Shown here piece after piece: positions 59,664-64,000 of a DNA stretch of 64,000 bases. The position numbers were made by a program, and so were the translations under genes. Position 1 is the first letter of the stretch. Each line of letters opens with the position of its first letter. The notes beneath the pieces were generated by a model. That model ran no database searches, was not told the origin of the DNA, and was given only the letters and a program-made list of their open reading frames with translations. Origin of the DNA: Proteobacteria bacterium UBA2136 (GTDB lineage Bacteria; Pseudomonadota; Alphaproteobacteria; UBA2136); assembly GCA_002328405.1 (NCBI GenBank), contig DCXM01000001.1, positions 77,735-141,734 of the forward strand. Reading direction: 5' to 3'.

Positions 59664-62516
59664 TTGGCTAAATTTATATCAGTACAGGGCGCTAACGAAC
59701 ACAACTTAAAGAACGTAAGCATTGATATCCCACGCAATTCTCTCACCGTAATTACTGGGCTATCAGGCTCGGGCAAATCCTCCCTTGCGTTTGACACCAT
59801 CTACGCCGAAGGCCATAGAAGATATGTCGAAAGTCTCAGCGCCTATGCAAGGCAATTTTTAAACATTGGCGGCAAACCAGATGTGGAACGAATTGACGGC
59901 TTATCCCCAGCCATTTCTATTGAGCAAAAAACAACATCCAAAAACCCACGCTCCACTGTGGGAACCATCACCGAAATTTACGACTATTTAAGGTTACTTT
60001 ACGCGCAAACAGGCACACCACATTGCCCAACGCACGGCATTGAAATTGAGGCCCAAACCATCAGCCAAATGGTCGACCAAGTAATGTTATGGCCAGAAGG
60101 CACAAGGTTTCAAATTGTTGCGCCTGTTGTCCGTGGCCGCAAAGGGGAATATAAAAAGGACATTTTAAGCTGGCAAAAACAAGGCTTCAGCCGCATTCGC
60201 ATTGACGGCGAACTTTACGACATTGCCGACGCCCCAACCTTGGAAAAAAACATCAAACACAACATTGAAATTGTGGTCGACCGCTTAGTGGTTAAAGCCG
60301 AAAACCAAACAAGGTTGGCGGACAGTTTGGAAACCGCACTCAAACTGGCCGATGGCATGGTGTTTGTGGAACCCGTTGCAAAAAAAGGGCAAACGGATTT
60401 ACCAGAACCGCACACCTTTAGTGAAAAATACAGCTGCCCTATTTGCGCCCACGCAGTGCCCGACTTAGAACCCCGTTTATTTTCCTTCAACAGCCCACAC
60501 GGCGCTTGCCCCAAATGTGACGGCTTGGGGGAAGTTGTCTACTTCGACCCAGAACTGATTGTCCCAAACCCGGAACTTTCCATTGCCGATGGCGCCGTCA
60601 AACCGTGGAAGGATGGAACCACCAATTATTACGCCAAAGCCTTGGCTAAACATTATAAATTTGACCTTAAAATGAAGTGGAAATCCCTGCCGCAGGACAT
60701 TCGTGAAATTATTCTTTACGGCAGCGGCACAGAAGAAATCCCCTTCACCTTTGAAGGTGGTAAAGCCAACTTTAAAACCACCAAAACCTTTGAAGGTGTG
60801 CTCCCCAACTTGGAGCGCAGATGGTTAGAATCCTCCAACCCGATGAGCCGTGAAGATCTCAACGCTTATCGCAGTGCACACCCTTGCCCTGCTTGCAATG
60901 GGCAACGCCTCAACAAAGACGCATTGGCGGTAACCGTTGGCAAATTAAACATTGCGGAGACTGTCAACCTTTCCATCGCCCACGCTTTAACCCATGCCAA
61001 AAAATTACAAACCATACTCACAGGAAGCCGTGCCCAAATTGCCGAACCTATTTTAAAAGAAGTGGTGGCACGTTTGTCATTCTTACAGCATGTTGGCTTG
61101 GAATACTTAACCCTGTCCCGCACCGCAGGCACCCTAAGCGGTGGCGAATCACAGCGGATTCGCCTTGCCTCACAAATTGGTAGTGGCCTGACTGGTGTGA
61201 TGTATGTCCTCGACGAACCTTCCATCGGACTGCACCAAAGGGACAATGACCGACTTTTAGAAAGTCTGACCCAACTGCGTGACCTTGACAACACCATTTT
61301 AGTGGTGGAACACGACGAAGACGCCATTAAAACAGCCGACTTTATTGTCGATATGGGTCCAGGTGCTGGTGAACACGGCGGTGAAATTGTGGCATCCGGT
61401 TCCTTAAAGGATGTTATGAAATCTAAAAGGTCTGTCACTGCCCAATACTTAAGCGGACAAAAAACAATTTTCACCCCCACAAAAAGACGACCACATAAAA
61501 AATACATCACAGTTGAAAACGCCACAGGCAACAACTTGCACGACGTTACAGCCAAGTTCCCACTTGGGGTTATGACCTGCGTCACCGGTGTCAGCGGTAG
61601 TGGCAAAAGTACGTTAGTGATGCAAACACTGACCAAAGGTGTGGCAAGATCTCTTAACAACAATAAGGACGTACCTGCACCGCACAAAGCCATTAAAGGC
61701 CTTGAAAATATCGATAAAATTGTCAACATTGACCAAAGCGCCATTGGCCGAACACCGCGCAGTAATCCTGCAACATACACCGGAATTATGAGCCCTATTC
61801 GGGATTGGTTTGCCAAATTGCCCGAGTCCGCAACCCGTGGCTACAAGGCGGGTCGCTTCAGTTTCAACGTGAAAGGCGGCCGCTGTGAAGCCTGCCAAGG
61901 TGACGGTTTAGTCCGTGTGGAAATGCACTTTCTGCCGGACGTTTTTGTGCCTTGTGACGTTTGTAAAGGCAAGCGGTTTAACCGCGAAACATTGGAAGTG
62001 AAGTATAAAGATAAATCCATTGCCGACGTGTTGGACATGACCGTGGAAGAAGCCTTAGACTTCTTTAAAAACGTGCCCATTATTCATAAAAGATTACAAA
62101 CTTTAATGGACGTTGGCTTGTCGTACATTCGCCTTGGCCAAAGTGCGACAACCTTAAGTGGCGGTGAAGCTCAGCGCATTAAATTGTCAAAAGAATTGTC
62201 AAAAAGAAGCACCGGAAAAACGTTGTACATTTTGGACGAACCGACCACTGGTCTTCACTTTGCTGACATTGACATGCTGTTAAAAGTGCTGCACCGTTTG
62301 GTGGACGAAGGCAACACAATGGTGATTATTGAGCATAATTTGGACGTGATAAAAACCGCCGATCACTTGATTGATATTGGCCCTGAAGGCGGTGACGGTG
62401 GCGGTTATATTGTGGCGGAAGGTACACCGGAACAGGTGGCAAAAGTAAGCGGAAGCCATACCGGACATTATTTGAAAAACTTTTTAAAAGACAGCTCAAA
62501 ACCTGCCAAAAAGTAA
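59664..62516 (+). CDS. uvrA: Excinuclease ABC subunit A
   Basis: 950 aa with two ABC ATPase modules ([23 protein letters not shown]) and zinc-finger cysteines. It appears to start with TTG at 59664, preceded by AAGGAA. Confidence 0.95.
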   Translation: MAKFISVQGANEHNLKNVSIDIPRNSLTVITGLSGSGKSSLAFDTIYAEGHRRYVESLSAYARQFLNIGGKPDVERIDGLSPAISIEQKTTSKNPRSTVGTITEIYDYLRLLYAQTGTPHCPTHGIEIEAQTISQMVDQVMLWPEGTRFQIVAPVVRGRKGEYKKDILSWQKQGFSRIRIDGELYDIADAPTLEKNIKHNIEIVVDRLVVKAENQTRLADSLETALKLADGMVFVEPVAKKGQTDLPEPHTFSEKYSCPICAHAVPDLEPRLFSFNSPHGACPKCDGLGEVVYFDPELIVPNPELSIADGAVKPWKDGTTNYYAKALAKHYKFDLKMKWKSLPQDIREIILYGSGTEEIPFTFEGGKANFKTTKTFEGVLPNLERRWLESSNPMSREDLNAYRSAHPCPACNGQRLNKDALAVTVGKLNIAETVNLSIAHALTHAKKLQTILTGSRAQIAEPILKEVVARLSFLQHVGLEYLTLSRTAGTLSGGESQRIRLASQIGSGLTGVMYVLDEPSIGLHQRDNDRLLESLTQLRDLDNTILVVEHDEDAIKTADFIVDMGPGAGEHGGEIVASGSLKDVMKSKRSVTAQYLSGQKTIFTPTKRRPHKKYITVENATGNNLHDVTAKFPLGVMTCVTGVSGSGKSTLVMQTLTKGVARSLNNNKDVPAPHKAIKGLENIDKIVNIDQSAIGRTPRSNPATYTGIMSPIRDWFAKLPESATRGYKAGRFSFNVKGGRCEACQGDGLVRVEMHFLPDVFVPCDVCKGKRFNRETLEVKYKDKSIADVLDMTVEEALDFFKNVPIIHKRLQTLMDVGLSYIRLGQSATTLSGGEAQRIKLSKELSKRSTGKTLYILDEPTTGLHFADIDMLLKVLHRLVDEGNTMVIIEHNLDVIKTADHLIDIGPEGGDGGGYIVAEGTPEQVAKVSGSHTGHYLKNFLKDSSKPAKK

Positions 62517-62559
62517 ACACACTTAAAAGTTGAACCCACTTTAAATCATATACTTACCT

Positions 62560-62597
62560 GTTCGCATATGACGAACGGTTGACGCATAATGGCGAAC
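62560..62597. repeat. Intergenic motif block: palindrome GTTCGCATATGACGAAC plus TTGACGCATAATGGCGAAC, related in inverted orientation to 38783..38836
   Basis: Direct sequence comparison. Confidence 0.5.
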
Positions 62598-62657
62598 CAT
62601 CGCCACTAAAGTGGCATAAAACCCATATATAACCAACCAATTGGTGTGTAAATGGAC

Positions 62658-62695
62658 GATTTGATGCGTAAACTCGGCATAAATGCGCATCAAGC
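62658..62695. repeat. Intergenic motif block GATTTGATGCGTAA ... ATGCGCATCAAGC (contains the ATGCGCAT palindrome), related to 38664..38708
   Basis: Direct sequence comparison. Further TTGATGCG copies occur at 62859..62869 and, on the reverse strand, at 62948..62955. Confidence 0.5.
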
Positions 62696-62975
62696 CTGTT
62701 ATAAATTCATAAATTTGGGTGGTTTTCACACCGTCAAAATTGATGGCACTTTGGAAAGTGAAGAGAAGAAGTAACCGTGAACGCCCATTTATCCATTTTT
62801 CCTAATTTGCATTATTCTTGAAAACAGCAAACGTCAGCCACACCATTGCAAGGTGAATGTTGATGCGCCAGTATAAATACCCACGGATAAATCCATGGTG
62901 TTCTGCCTTCAGCGGTATCAATTTTTTCTCCATCTGTTTAGAAGTACCGCATCAAAAAGCATGGCTTTCACGCCA

Positions 62976-63001
62976 CAAAAAAGGCGTGCCATGGCACGCC
63001 C
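62976..63001 (-). terminator. Rho-independent terminator on the minus strand, downstream of the 135-aa membrane protein gene
   Basis: Minus-strand hairpin GGCGTGCC atg GCACGCC followed by U6. Confidence 0.7.
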
Positions 63002-63016
63002 TTAAAACTTAAACCG

Positions 63017-63424
63017 TTACTTGGACTTTTTAAAAGGACAAGCGCACAAGCATTTGCCCCACTTTAAAAATGCAAAATAAACAGCATAGAAAAAGGCAAA
63101 CCACAAAGTGTGGGAAAGGATAATCCCCTCATCAGAAGGCATAATCCACTCGCCGTTGCTGACCATCAAATCCAGATCAAACAACAAAGCTTGGAATGGC
63201 AAGGTTGGCACAATTAAGGTACCAAAACCAATCACGTTTAAAATGTCCCAATCAAAACCGCTGACATTGTTAAAGTAGCTTAACAAAAAACCAACGCACA
63301 CCAAAATGGCATACACTGCCGCATAGTAAAATGATTGAATATAAATACAGTTCGACTTTTTCATTCCATTTTGCCTTTTTTTTAAATTTACCTTTAAGGT
63401 TTTTGGTTCAAGGGTTTTACGCAA
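63017..63424 (-). CDS. Hypothetical membrane protein (4 TM helices)
   Basis: Hydrophobic 135-aa ORF followed by a terminator. Confidence 0.45.
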   Translation of the reverse strand: MRKTLEPKTLKVNLKKRQNGMKKSNCIYIQSFYYAAVYAILVCVGFLLSYFNNVSGFDWDILNVIGFGTLIVPTLPFQALLFDLDLMVSNGEWIMPSDEGIILSHTLWFAFFYAVYFAFLKWGKCLCACPFKKSK

Positions 63425-63507
63425 GCCCCCTCAAGCAGATATGAACAGCCTGCCCATTACTGTGGCTTAGACATTATTGACCCTAACGCATTATTGCGTC
63501 ATTCCCA

Positions 63508-63978
63508 TTACTGTGGCACGCTGTGGTATTCTGTGCCCAAGTGAATGGCCTTACCGTCAAAGCATAAGAAACGCAATGTTTGGCTACCATCCGCACTTTT
63601 TTGGGTGTTGGTTTGCTGGTGTTTGGTTTCAATGTCTTTACAGTCTTCGGTGTCTTCCCCCCAAGTGAACAATGGAATTTGGTCATACAAGCCTTTTTGG
63701 CCAGCACGAATGTTTGCAATATCCACGTTTTGAATTTTAAGAAGAATGTCGTTCACCACGTCATATTTTTGGGACATCTCCGCCACTTCGCCTTTTAAGC
63801 GTTCGTTTTCACGTTGTAGTTGGCGCACGTCTTTAAGCAGTTGTTCATGGGTGTCAAAAATGCGCATCATTCGTTGTTCCACACGGCGGATCTCCATATC
63901 CACTTCTTTATCCAGCGACATGGCGCTCACAGGTGCCATTGCCGACAAAATCAAACCGCATAGAACCAGATTTTTCAT
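63508..63978 (-). CDS. Secreted coiled-coil hypothetical protein
   Basis: Signal peptide MKNLVLCGLILSAMAPVSA followed by a coiled-coil segment. Confidence 0.45.
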   Translation of the reverse strand: MKNLVLCGLILSAMAPVSAMSLDKEVDMEIRRVEQRMMRIFDTHEQLLKDVRQLQRENERLKGEVAEMSQKYDVVNDILLKIQNVDIANIRAGQKGLYDQIPLFTWGEDTEDCKDIETKHQQTNTQKSADGSQTLRFLCFDGKAIHLGTEYHSVPQ

Positions 63979-64000
63979 TTAAAACCCCAATTATTTTTAA

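Noticed and set aside
62541-62729. 62-aa minus-strand ORF in the spacer after uvrA
   Set aside because: It has no RBS, overlaps the repeat and palindrome motifs, and its composition looks random. I treat the region as non-coding.
62780-62900. DnaA-box cluster suggesting a replication origin
   Set aside because: There are only two loose TTATCCA-like matches, no flanking dnaA, dnaN or hemE context and no AT-rich DUE-like run.

Overview
The window is a 64 kb chromosomal segment with alphaproteobacterial gene content and synteny, of moderate-to-low GC. Coding density is high and most genes are on the minus strand. No rRNA, tRNA, CRISPR, transposase or integrase genes were recognised. Contents in order: (1) the cell-shape cluster mrdA(partial)-mreD-mreC-mreB, then miaA and degP/htrA-hflC-hflK; (2) a roughly 11 kb AT-rich O-antigen/LPS-type sugar cluster: rmlA on the plus strand, and on the minus strand rmlC-rmlB, a GT4 glycosyltransferase, a GNAT acetyltransferase, a DegT-family aminotransferase, an AsnB-like amidotransferase, a second glycosyltransferase, a Wzx-like flippase and two SAM methyltransferases; (3) a Bfd-like ferredoxin, an orphan SpoVR-family gene, a histidine phosphatase, a YmdB-like phosphoesterase, 5-formyl-THF cyclo-ligase, zapA and a small coiled-coil partner; (4) central metabolism tkt-gap-pgk, then mnmA; (5) a complete ISC iron-sulfur operon (iscR, NifS-like desulfurase, iscS, iscU, iscA, hscB, hscA, fdx, iscX) followed by an orphan 138-aa gene; (6) cobT-cobS; an unknown gene translationally coupled to a guanylate-kinase homolog; a DUF192 protein, a 1024-aa AsmA/YhdP-like protein, prfB and mrcA (PBP1A); (7) two secreted low-complexity proteins, a monofunctional riboflavin kinase, a ThiO-like FAD oxidase, an RlmD-like RNA methyltransferase, yaaA, ruvC, an EF-hand protein with an ECF sigma factor and small anti-sigma candidate, a lipoprotein, ssb divergent from uvrA, and a 0.5 kb gene-free tail region. 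Points worth a second look: the prfB programmed +1 frameshift site (UUU UGA C preceded by AGGGGG), which the ORF track splits into two ORFs; an HscB with a mitochondrial-type Cys4 zinc finger; a small family of intergenic repeat motifs (TTGATGCG, ATGCGCAT palindrome, TTGACGCATAATG) shared by two regions 24 kb apart; the standalone riboflavin kinase; the orphan SpoVR; and several uncharacterised small gene pairs. I found no clear-cut defence island or other compact novel system and list candidates with modest confidence.
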